From: Clostridia bacterium | Lineage (GTDB): Bacteria > Bacillota > Clostridia > TANB77 > CAG-508 | DNA: 64,000 nt | NCBI GenBank assembly: GCA_045643205.1 | Contig: JAZUKI010000005.1 | Location: 9,433 to 73,432, forward strand | Direction: 5' to 3' | The notes under the pieces: model-generated | What the model saw: the letters and a program-made list of their open reading frames with translations, nothing else | Told to the model about the DNA's origin: nothing | Database searches by the model: none | Translations under genes and position numbers: made by a program | In this document: piece by piece, positions 11,048 through 21,623 of the stretch | Numbering within the stretch: the stretch's first letter is position 1 | How the letters are laid out: the number at the start of each line of letters is the position of its first letter

Positions 11048-11725
11048 TTATTTTGCACCTTTTTTGGTAAGAATTGCAAAAATTGTTTTAAATATTATTT
11101 TAAAGTCTAACCATAAATTGCAATGTTCACAATAATAATATTCTAATTCTAGTCTTTTTTCATAATCAGTAGCTGAACGACCATTGCATCCCCACCAGCC
11201 TGTTATTCCTGGTAATACTCTTTGATATATATTAGGATCTCCACCAAATTTTTCTAATTCCCCTTCAACTAGTGGTCTAGGTCCTATTAATGACATATCT
11301 CCTATAAGTACATTAATAAATTGTGGAAGCTCATCTAATGATGTTTTTCTAATTATTTTTCCTACTTTTGTTACTCTTGGATCATTCTCTAATTTTTGAT
11401 TTTTATCCCATTCTTCTTTGTATTTTGGATCTTTTAAAACTTCTTTTAAAACTTCATCTGCATTATAAATCATTGAACGAAACTTAAATATTTTAATAGT
11501 TTTTCCTTTTCTGCCAATTCTTTTTTGTCTGTAAAAGATTGTTTTAAAATCGCCTGTGCACATGGAAGCAATCTTTAAAATTATAGTAATAGGTATTAAA
11601 AATACACAACCAATTAAAGCAAAAAGTATGTCAAATAATCTTTTTATTAAAAAATAAAAAAATCTATCTATTTTTCTACCTATACCCATCTTTTGTTTAG
11701 TATATTTATCTTCTTTTTTACTCAT
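11048..11725 (-). CDS. Bacterial sugar transferase (undecaprenyl-phosphate glycosyl-1-phosphate transferase)
   Basis: KRLFD, KFRSM, DPRVT, SLDELPQFINVLIGDMSLIGPRP. Confidence 0.93.
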   Translation of the reverse strand: MSKKEDKYTKQKMGIGRKIDRFFYFLIKRLFDILFALIGCVFLIPITIILKIASMCTGDFKTIFYRQKRIGRKGKTIKIFKFRSMIYNADEVLKEVLKDPKYKEEWDKNQKLENDPRVTKVGKIIRKTSLDELPQFINVLIGDMSLIGPRPLVEGELEKFGGDPNIYQRVLPGITGWWGCNGRSATDYEKRLELEYYYCEHCNLWLDFKIIFKTIFAILTKKGAK

Positions 11726-11773
11726 TTTTGATAACTTCTTTCCCTATAATTTAGAATTCAAAATACCTTATTT

Positions 11774-11802
11774 ATTATATCTTTATTCTATCTATAAGTC
11801 AA
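11774..11802 (-). promoter_or_regulatory. sigmaA-type promoter of the sugar transferase-LCP unit
   Basis: TTGACT-N17-TATAAT. Confidence 0.7.
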
Positions 11803-11806
11803 CAAC

Positions 11807-11846
11807 AAAAAGACTTTGTCGAATTTTAATTCATAACAAAGTCTTT
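11807..11846 (-). terminator. Terminator after dnaJ
   Basis: AAAGACTTTGT...ACAAAGTCTTT hairpin with U tract. Confidence 0.7.
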
Positions 11847-11914
11847 AATAAATTATTTCTATTTCTCAGTTTTTTATTGTTTTTAAGTTCTATTTCAGTT
11901 GTTTTTATATACTT

Positions 11915-13072
11915 TTAACCGAATATTCCTTTTTTCTTAACAGGTGGTTGTTCTCCTAATGATTCTGCTAATTTATTAAATAATTCACGTTGTTCTTTTG
12001 ATAATCTCTTTGGAACTTGTACTTGAACTGTAAATAATAAATCTCCACAAGCATTTGAATTTAATTTTTTGAAACCTTTTCCTTTTATTACAAATGTTGT
12101 TCCAGTTTGTGTTCCTGAAGCAATTGTGAAGTTTTCAGTTTCTCCAGTAACTGTAGGTATTTTTAAATCTGCACCTAAAGTTGCTTGAGTTATTGTAATA
12201 GGTATTGTGCAGACAACGTTATATCCATCTCTATCAAATACTTTGCTTGCTTTTACATTGATATCTAAATAAATATCTCCGTTTTCACCACCATTTTTTC
12301 CTGGTTCGCCTTTACCTTGTAGTCTTAATGTTTGGCCATCTTGAACTCCGGCTGGAATGTTTACTTCTATAGTAACATTCTTTCTTAGTGTTCCTTTTCC
12401 GCCACATGTAGTACAAGGTTCTTTAATAATTTTTCCTGTTCCTCTACATTCATCGCATGTTCCTACTGTTTGGAATGTAGCGAATCCACCAAGTGATGAT
12501 GTCTTTTTTACTTGTCCTGTACCATGACAAACATGACATGTATCAACTGTTGTATTTGGCTTTGCACCCATTCCATGACAAGTATCGCAAGAAACATTTT
12601 TACTAATTGTGAATTCTTTTACTATTCCTGTAAAGGCTTCTTCAAATGATATTGATAATGAAGCATGTAAATCTTGTCCTTTTTGAGGAGCAGTAGGATT
12701 TCTTCTTGAGCTTCTTCTACTTCCTCCAAATATAGAGGAAACAAAATCATCCATTACATCATCAAATCCAAATCCGCTAGAAGAATATGTATATCTTGAG
12801 CCTCCAAATCCGAATGGATCGAATCCTGCACCACCAGCGCCACCTCCGAATCCTTCAGCAGTACCAAATTGGTCATAATTCTTTTTCTTTTGAGGATCAG
12901 ATAAAACAGAATAAGCTTCGCCTATTTCTTTAAATTTTTCTTCTGCTTCTTTTTTGTTGTCAGGATTTGCATCTGGATGCCACTTTTTAGCTAAATGTCT
13001 ATATGCTTTTTTGATTTCATCATCTGAAGCGTCTTTATTTAAACCTAAAGTTTCATAATAATCTTTTGCCAT
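11915..13072 (-). CDS. dnaJ: Chaperone DnaJ
   Basis: J domain HPD, G/F-rich region, four CxxCxGxG repeats. Confidence 0.98.
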   Translation of the reverse strand: MAKDYYETLGLNKDASDDEIKKAYRHLAKKWHPDANPDNKKEAEEKFKEIGEAYSVLSDPQKKKNYDQFGTAEGFGGGAGGAGFDPFGFGGSRYTYSSSGFGFDDVMDDFVSSIFGGSRRSSRRNPTAPQKGQDLHASLSISFEEAFTGIVKEFTISKNVSCDTCHGMGAKPNTTVDTCHVCHGTGQVKKTSSLGGFATFQTVGTCDECRGTGKIIKEPCTTCGGKGTLRKNVTIEVNIPAGVQDGQTLRLQGKGEPGKNGGENGDIYLDINVKASKVFDRDGYNVVCTIPITITQATLGADLKIPTVTGETENFTIASGTQTGTTFVIKGKGFKKLNSNACGDLLFTVQVQVPKRLSKEQRELFNKLAESLGEQPPVKKKGIFG

Positions 13073-13136
13073 TTTATCCTCACTATATTCATTTTGAATG
13101 GCGAGCTTTTATTAAGCTCGCCGCTTCAAATATTAC

Positions 13137-14999
<1,863 letters not shown>

Positions 15000-15047
15000 T
15001 TATTTTAGCTATCATTAGCTGATTTTATCTTTGGATTTATTCATTTT

Positions 15048-15134
15048 TAGTGTAAACTTTGTTTTACATTTTTCATCTAGTGTACACTTTGTTTTACATT
15101 TTCCGTCTAGTGTAAAATTTGTTTTACATTTTTA
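15048..15134. repeat. 30-bp tandem repeat x3 with internal dyad, between grpE and dnaK
   Basis: TAGTGTAAACTTTGTTTTACATTTT-like units at 15048, 15078, 15108. Confidence 0.85.
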
Positions 15135-15719
15135 GTTTGCTACAACTACCATTGAATGTCTTAATACTTTGTCACCAATCATGTAGCCTTTTCTGAATTC
15201 TTCTTTAACTGTGTTAGGTCCTAGTTTAGGATCTTGGCACATACTTACTGCTTCATGAAGTGATGGATCAAATGGTTTTCCTACTGATTGAATTTCTACA
15301 ACGTTGTTTGCTTTTAAAATATCTTTTATTTGTTGTAAAACCATTTTTACACCTTCTTGATATTGCTTGTCTTCAGTCTGTGTTTCGGCTGCTTTTTCAA
15401 GATTATCAATTGCTGGAAGCATGCTTGTTACAACATCTCCCATTACTGATGAATACAATGCTTGTCTTTCTTTGTCGCTTCTTTTTTTGAAGTTTTCAAA
15501 TTCTGCCATAAGTCTTTTGATTCTGTCATCCGCTTCATCAAGTTGTTCTTTTTGTTGAACTATTTTATCATTTAATTCTTGAATTGCTCTTTCTGTAGGA
15601 TCAGTAATTTCTTTTTCAATTTTCATTTTAACTTCGTTAGAATTCTCAACTGCATCTTCTGTTGCTTCTGTTGTTTTTATTGTTTCATCTTGTTCTAAAT
15701 TTTCTTCGTTTCCTTCCAA
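15132..15719 (-). CDS. grpE: Nucleotide exchange factor GrpE
   Basis: AEFENFKKR, FDPSLHEAV, GYMIGDKVLRHSMVVVAN; position in operon. Confidence 0.97.
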   Translation of the reverse strand: MEGNEENLEQDETIKTTEATEDAVENSNEVKMKIEKEITDPTERAIQELNDKIVQQKEQLDEADDRIKRLMAEFENFKKRSDKERQALYSSVMGDVVTSMLPAIDNLEKAAETQTEDKQYQEGVKMVLQQIKDILKANNVVEIQSVGKPFDPSLHEAVSMCQDPKLGPNTVKEEFRKGYMIGDKVLRHSMVVVAN

Positions 15720-15723
15720 TGCT

Positions 15724-16839
15724 CTAACCTCTCTTTCCTTTTGTATTTTTATTTTCTTTTTTCATAATTCCATCTGTTAAAAGTCTGATTTCTCTGTGTT
15801 CTAGAAGTCTATTCTTAATAGAAGCACTTTCTTTTCCTGAAAGTTTTCCACTATTTAATTCTTTTCTAATATATTTTAAAACAGATATTACTTTTGAGTA
15901 ATCCATTCTTGTAGGTCCTAAAATTCCGATTGTTCCTAAATCTTTTTCACCAACTTTGTTTTTGAAAGTAATTAGTGAAAAATCATTTAATCCGTTAATT
16001 TCATTTCCTATATAAACATTAAAGTCTTCATCGCCATCTAATAAATTAAATATTAAATCTTTACTGTCTATTAGTCCAAGAAACTTTTTTGCTGTTTCAT
16101 TTCGCTTTAATTCTGGATTGTCTAGAGCTTGTTCGGCTCCTTGTACATAAACTCTATCATCTTGTTTTAATGTTTTATTTAATTGTTTTATTATTGGCTT
16201 GATAACGTCAATTTTGTAATTCATTTCACTCATAATAAATTCTTCAATTGGCTTATCAATTACTGATAATGGTTTGCCTTTTAATTTTTTATTAAATAAA
16301 GCATTTAAAGTTTCGATTTGTTCTTGAGAAACATCGCTATCGAACTTTATGATTGTTTCTTTTATAACACCTGTATCTGTGATTATTACAGCCATTAACA
16401 TTCTTGAGCCTAGCAAAACAAATTTAATCTCTGAAATGATTTGATTTGATGCGTTTGGTTCAATTGAAAATGTTGTATAATGAGTAACTTCAGATATTGT
16501 TGATGATGTGATTCTTGTTAAATCTTCCATTTCTTCGACTGTGTCTTGAAGTTTTGCATTTATATATTTTACTTCATTAATATTTAAATTGTTGTCGTCT
16601 AAAAGTTCATCAACGTAAAACTTATATCCTTTATTTGAAGGTACTCTACCACTAGATGAGTGAGTTTTTTCTAGAAATCCTTCTTTTTCAAGAGCAACCA
16701 TGTCATTTCTTACTGTAGCTGAACTGCAATCAATATTGTATTTTTGAATAATTGTATTGCTTGCTACTGGCTCTGTAGTCTCGATATATTCGTTTACTAT
16801 AGCTTTTAAGATTATTCTTTTTCTTTCATCTAATTTCAA
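15724..16839 (-). CDS. hrcA: Heat-inducible transcription repressor HrcA
   Basis: SSATVRNDM, HSSSGRVPS, GILGPTRMDY; first gene of the dnaK operon. Confidence 0.96.
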   Translation of the reverse strand: MKLDERKRIILKAIVNEYIETTEPVASNTIIQKYNIDCSSATVRNDMVALEKEGFLEKTHSSSGRVPSNKGYKFYVDELLDDNNLNINEVKYINAKLQDTVEEMEDLTRITSSTISEVTHYTTFSIEPNASNQIISEIKFVLLGSRMLMAVIITDTGVIKETIIKFDSDVSQEQIETLNALFNKKLKGKPLSVIDKPIEEFIMSEMNYKIDVIKPIIKQLNKTLKQDDRVYVQGAEQALDNPELKRNETAKKFLGLIDSKDLIFNLLDGDEDFNVYIGNEINGLNDFSLITFKNKVGEKDLGTIGILGPTRMDYSKVISVLKYIRKELNSGKLSGKESASIKNRLLEHREIRLLTDGIMKKENKNTKGKRG

Positions 16840-16876
16840 GTTATTGTCACCTCTTTTTTATAGTAAAATAAAAATT

Positions 16877-16947
16877 TTAGCAATCTTGTCCTTAGTCTGC
16901 TAGTAATGATATATTATTTGTTAGCAAAAGTCAACTTAGTTTGCTAA
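16877..16947 (-). promoter_or_regulatory. hrcA promoter with two degenerate CIRCE elements
   Basis: TTAGCAATC-N9-GTCTGCTAG (16877-16903) and TTAGCAAAA-N9-GTTTGCTAA (16921-16947) vs consensus TTAGCACTC-N9-GAGTGCTAA; promoter TTGACT-N17-TATCAT. Confidence 0.8.
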
Positions 16948-17052
16948 AATTATATAAATGTAATATTGGTAGCTTGTTTTTATTTATATAGCGCTTGCTT
17001 TCAAGCCTAGGAACTATAATATTTTGACCAAATATTAAGAGAATTAAAGTCC

Positions 17053-17084
17053 AAAAAAAGGACTAGAATTTCTCCTAGTCCTTT
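17053..17084 (-). terminator. Terminator after the cyclophilin gene
   Basis: AAAGGACTAG/CTAGTCCTTT hairpin with U tract. Confidence 0.8.
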
Positions 17085-17098
17085 AAGTTTTTTATTAA

Positions 17099-18193
17099 TT
17101 ATTCGTCTATTCCGTATGAACCTATGTTTGATGATCCGTAATATTGTTGCATCATATATGAATAGTAATCAAATGGTTTTTGTGTTTCTGGCATTCCGTA
17201 GTCAACTCCGTATGTATCAACTGTTATTGATGTAATTTTTGGAGGATTTACAGGTTTGTCTGCTGTTTTTGTTGTATCTTCTGAGTTTTGTTCTCTTGTT
17301 TCAACTTCAACATTGGCAATCTTGTCAACTATTTCTAATCCTTCTGTTACTCTACCAAATGCTGCATATTGTCCATCTAATGTTGAATTGTCAGAGTTCA
17401 TAATGAAGAATTGGCAAGAACCTGAATTGTATCCTTCTTTTGTAATTGATGTTTTTCCTAATGAGCTATAGTCTGAACGAGCCATTGATAAAACACCTTT
17501 TTCATGTTTTATGTTGTTTTCTGTGTATCCGTTAAGTATGAATTCACCTTTAATAGAATATGCTTCTGTTCCTTTTGATGAATCTAATTGATCAAGTGTT
17601 GCACTTCCTGTTCCATCACCATTTGGACATCCACCTTGAATCATGAAATCAGGAATTGTTCTATGAAATGTTTTTCCATTGTAGAAACCATTTTGTGCTA
17701 ATTTTATAAAGTTAGCTACTGTGTTTGGAGCAGCATCAGGATATAATTCTCCTTTTATTGTTCCGTAGTTTTCTATAACCATTTCAAATGTTGGATTTTT
17801 TCTAACTGTATTTGCTTTCTTAATAATTTGATTTGTTAAATAAGCAATTCCGCCTAATAACAAAATACAAACTATTGCAGAAACTAATAATTTCATTTTT
17901 GCTGAACTACTGTAGTCAGCTTCAATAACTGGTTTTTTGCTTTCTTTTTCAGCATATTTATCAGCTTTTGCTTTTATTTTTGCATCTCTTTTTTCTGCTT
18001 TTTCTTTATCTCTTTTTTCTTTCTTTTCTTCTTTAGATAATCTTAATTCTTCATCGAAGTCTTCAACTACTTCTTCATTTTCGTCATTATCAACTACGAT
18101 TTCTTCATTTTCATCGTTGTCCACTACAACTTCTTCATTATCTAATTCTTCGTTATCTAAATTATCTTTTTCCTTTGCCATTTTTTCCTCCAA
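17099..18193 (-). CDS. Membrane-anchored cyclophilin-type peptidyl-prolyl isomerase with acidic repeat N-terminus
   Basis: APNTVANF, FHRTIPDFMIQGG, GVLSMAR, QFFI, LDGQYAAFG; TM before the domain; NEEVVVDND-type repeats. Confidence 0.92.
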   Translation of the reverse strand: MEEKMAKEKDNLDNEELDNEEVVVDNDENEEIVVDNDENEEVVEDFDEELRLSKEEKKEKRDKEKAEKRDAKIKAKADKYAEKESKKPVIEADYSSSAKMKLLVSAIVCILLLGGIAYLTNQIIKKANTVRKNPTFEMVIENYGTIKGELYPDAAPNTVANFIKLAQNGFYNGKTFHRTIPDFMIQGGCPNGDGTGSATLDQLDSSKGTEAYSIKGEFILNGYTENNIKHEKGVLSMARSDYSSLGKTSITKEGYNSGSCQFFIMNSDNSTLDGQYAAFGRVTEGLEIVDKIANVEVETREQNSEDTTKTADKPVNPPKITSITVDTYGVDYGMPETQKPFDYYSYMMQQYYGSSNIGSYGIDE

Positions 18194-18200
18194 TTATTGA

Positions 18201-19595
18201 TTATTTAATACCTGTTGCTCTTAAGGCATCATTTATGTTGCTGACGCCAATTATATCTAATTTAAATTTTTCTTTCAAGAGCCTTCTATTATTTTCTGGT
18301 ATTATAACTTTTTTTATTCCTAAACGTTCACATTCTTTTAAACGTTTATCAATCATGTTTACTGATCTTATTTCTCCTGTTAATCCAACTTCACCAATGA
18401 TTGCTGTGTCTTTAGGTATCTCTATATTTTTAAAACTTGATGCAATGACAAGTGCTGTTCCTAAATCTGCTGCAGGTTCAGTTATTTTCATTCCACTAAC
18501 TACATTAACATATACATCTTGTGAGCCTAAATTCATGCGTGCTCTTTTCTCAAGAACAGCAATAAGCAGTGCCATTTTATTATAATCAATTCCGCTTCCT
18601 GTTCTCTTTGGAATTCCATAAACGCTTGGTGTAGTTAAAGATTGTAATTCTGCAATTAGTGCACGTGAACCTTCAAGTGAACATATAATTGCTGCACCAG
18701 CTGTTGGCTCATTGTTTTCTGAGATTAACATTTCAGAAGGATTTGTTACTTCTATCATTCCTTCATTTCTCATTTCAAACATTCCAATTTCATTTGTTGA
18801 ACCAAATCTGTTTTTTACACATCTTAATATTCTATATGAAAAGTATCTTTCACCTTCTAAATAAAGTACTGTATCAACCATATGTTCTAAAACTCTTGGA
18901 CCAGCTATTGTTCCATCTTTTGTAACGTGCCCGATTAGAATTGTTGTAATCGCTTCTTGTTTGCATGCTTGCATTACTCTTGCTGTAATTTCTCTAACTT
19001 GACTAACAGTACCTGGCGCTGAAGTAATATCTTCTGCATACATAGTTTGGATACTATCTATTATAACTAATCTTGGCTTTAATTCGCTTATTTGCGTTTC
19101 AATAGAATCTATGTCTGTTTCGCCAAGAAACATTAAATTATCATTTTTTATTCCAAGTCGATCAGCACGCATTTTAACTTGTTCTGCTGACTCTTCTCCT
19201 GAAACATACAATACTTTTCCTGAACCTTCATTATCAAGTATTGATTTTTCAGGTTTTGCTATTGCATCGCACAACTGCAAAATTAAAGTAGACTTTCCTA
19301 TACCAGGTTCTCCACCAATTAAAACAAGTGAACCTTTAACTATTCCACCGCCTAAAACTCTGTCTAGTTCTGAAATTCCTGTTGAAGTTCTAACTTCTAA
19401 TTTTCCTTCGACATCATTTAAATTGCGTGGTTTTGATTTCTCTTTTAATTTTACATTTGCACCTGATGAAGATTTAACTTGTATTTTTTCTTCATAAAAT
19501 GTATTCCACGAATTACAAGCTGGACATTTTCCAAGCCACTTTGGTGATTCATTTCCACATTCACTACAAACAAAAACTGTTTTTGATTTTGCCAT
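18201..19595 (-). CDS. radA: DNA repair protein RadA/Sms
   Basis: C4 zinc finger, Walker A GEPGIGKST, KNRFG motif. Confidence 0.98.
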   Translation of the reverse strand: MAKSKTVFVCSECGNESPKWLGKCPACNSWNTFYEEKIQVKSSSGANVKLKEKSKPRNLNDVEGKLEVRTSTGISELDRVLGGGIVKGSLVLIGGEPGIGKSTLILQLCDAIAKPEKSILDNEGSGKVLYVSGEESAEQVKMRADRLGIKNDNLMFLGETDIDSIETQISELKPRLVIIDSIQTMYAEDITSAPGTVSQVREITARVMQACKQEAITTILIGHVTKDGTIAGPRVLEHMVDTVLYLEGERYFSYRILRCVKNRFGSTNEIGMFEMRNEGMIEVTNPSEMLISENNEPTAGAAIICSLEGSRALIAELQSLTTPSVYGIPKRTGSGIDYNKMALLIAVLEKRARMNLGSQDVYVNVVSGMKITEPAADLGTALVIASSFKNIEIPKDTAIIGEVGLTGEIRSVNMIDKRLKECERLGIKKVIIPENNRRLLKEKFKLDIIGVSNINDALRATGIK

Positions 19596-19605
19596 TATTC
19601 CTCCA

Positions 19606-20115
19606 CTATATTATATTGTCTTCTCCAACTTTTTGTCTTTTGAATAGTTTCTTTATCTTAGCAAATATTTTTGAAATTAATGATTTGTTTTCTATAACAA
19701 CTAATTCTTTTTTAGCTGTACTTTCGTATTTTAAATTTATTAAGTCAATAATACTAGTTTCATCACTAACTATTAAATTTACTTTTTCTAGTTGTGATGA
19801 ATCTTTTTGAATTGAAGTTGTCTCTGATGAAATTTCTGATTTAGTATTTTTACTTAGCATTTCATTTATTACTTGTTTTATTTCTTCATCACACAAATAA
19901 TCTCTATATATGCTAATTAATAAAGTTTTTGTTTCTCTTTCGATTGGTTGTTGTTCTAATGAAACAGCTTCATTGTAATCAAAATACAAATTTTTATCAC
20001 TATTTAATTCAAGTAATGACCAAATACTACTTGGTATTTTAGCTTTTGTTTCTTCATCTAACATCATCAATATTTGGTAACATTCAGAAAAAACTTTATT
20101 AGAAATTACTTTCAT
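19606..20115 (-). CDS. Hypothetical protein with C-terminal basic amphipathic helix
   Basis: RBS AAGGAG; 169 aa; ends ELVVIENKSLISKIFAKIKKLFKR. Confidence 0.7.
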   Translation of the reverse strand: MKVISNKVFSECYQILMMLDEETKAKIPSSIWSLLELNSDKNLYFDYNEAVSLEQQPIERETKTLLISIYRDYLCDEEIKQVINEMLSKNTKSEISSETTSIQKDSSQLEKVNLIVSDETSIIDLINLKYESTAKKELVVIENKSLISKIFAKIKKLFKRQKVGEDNII

Positions 20116-20132
20116 ATTTACTCCTTATTGGG

Positions 20133-21590
20133 TTATCTTTCATTATCAATTACAACTTTGCTATTGTTCTTTGAAATTTCACTAAGCGCTTTAGAAACTT
20201 CATCTATTTCTGTTTTTGTTATTCCATTATCGTTAATAATTAATAATTTAAATTGATCATTTATTTCAGAAATATTTGGTTGTTGCTCTGTTTCATAATA
20301 ATATTGTTCATAAAGTTTGTTTGAACTTTCTTTATCTTCTTTTGCCATTTCTCTGCAAACTCTATCTAATACAAGTGAATAATATGAATCAAATGATCTG
20401 TCATGTTTTTCTAAATCGTTTTCACTATAACTAATTTGTCCTCTGCATTCTTTAAATCCTTTCAATTTTGCAAAGTATTGTTCTGCTTCTGTAAAATCAA
20501 TCTTTTTATTTTGTTTTACTATTTTTTCTAATTCTTTATTGAATACTTCGTACATTAAAATATTTTGTGTTGTTCCAAAATATTCACCATATTCTTTGCC
20601 TGTTAATTTTATATATTCATCAGCTGTAATGTAATTTGCTTCTGATGTTAATCTATTCATTCTAGCATTTAAGAAATTAAATAAGTCTCTTCCATACATA
20701 TTGATAAATGCTGTGTCAAAATTGTTCTTACCATCAAAGATATCATTGCCTGCTTTCATTCCTGTTAAGTATTCCATTTGATTTATCATTGACATTGCTT
20801 CTTTATTTTTTACATGTTCAGAAAAATTGTATTTAATTTTTCCTTCTGAAGTTTCACTAAAATCTTTAAGTTCTTTTTCTGAAGTTACATCTTCATTTGT
20901 AAAAACATCTTCACAAATTTTATTTATTTTTCCATCGACCATAGAAAATAATCTATTATCATTTAAGAAAATTTCTGAAGTATAATTACTGCCAGCTATA
21001 GCAAAACATAGTTGTCTAAGTAATGCTCTTTGCTTTTCTGGATCGTCTAAATTATCTAAAAGATTTCTGTCTAAAACACATTCTTTATCTTCTTCAATAT
21101 AAAATCCTAATGATTCGCTATCTAATGTTGCTTCTGTAAAAGTTGTTGATTTAATTTTACTTAGTGCTTTGTCTATATTAATTTTATAACCTTTATTTGC
21201 TAGTACTTTTAAATGATTTGATGCAAAGTCTAATATTAAATTTTTCTTTTCATTGCTAACTACTTTTTCATTGAAGTATTTGATGTTTGTATCACCGTTA
21301 GTATTATCTTGATATGCTCTCATTGATTCATCTTTTGCAATGTTAGAAATTTGAGCTGTCATAGTTGGTGGTGTAAAAATGCCTATTGCATTTTTTAAAA
21401 CATCTTCATCACTAATTGGAACTAGAGAAGTTCTATATCCAATGTCATTAGTTTTTAAATAGCAATATAAATCATCATTATCTGCAACTAAATGATAAAT
21501 TGTTTCTCCATTATATTTAATTGAATCGGCGCTTATATAATTTCTTCCGTTATATACTGCAGCCTTTTGACTTAAGTCGATAATTTTCAT
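20133..21590 (-). CDS. Hypothetical protein; apparent inactive paralog of the adjacent HExxH protein
   Basis: Long ORF with RBS; colinear similarity to 21624-23198 but RQLCF in place of HEGFH. Confidence 0.7.
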   Translation of the reverse strand: MKIIDLSQKAAVYNGRNYISADSIKYNGETIYHLVADNDDLYCYLKTNDIGYRTSLVPISDEDVLKNAIGIFTPPTMTAQISNIAKDESMRAYQDNTNGDTNIKYFNEKVVSNEKKNLILDFASNHLKVLANKGYKINIDKALSKIKSTTFTEATLDSESLGFYIEEDKECVLDRNLLDNLDDPEKQRALLRQLCFAIAGSNYTSEIFLNDNRLFSMVDGKINKICEDVFTNEDVTSEKELKDFSETSEGKIKYNFSEHVKNKEAMSMINQMEYLTGMKAGNDIFDGKNNFDTAFINMYGRDLFNFLNARMNRLTSEANYITADEYIKLTGKEYGEYFGTTQNILMYEVFNKELEKIVKQNKKIDFTEAEQYFAKLKGFKECRGQISYSENDLEKHDRSFDSYYSLVLDRVCREMAKEDKESSNKLYEQYYYETEQQPNISEINDQFKLLIINDNGITKTEIDEVSKALSEISKNNSKVVIDNER

Positions 21591-21623
21591 CTTTTCTTTC
21601 CTTAAATATTTTACTTTAGTTTT

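Noticed and set aside
15048-15134. Possible mini-CRISPR array (palindromic ~30-bp repeats)
   Set aside because: Units are directly tandem with no unique spacers, and there are no cas genes in the window
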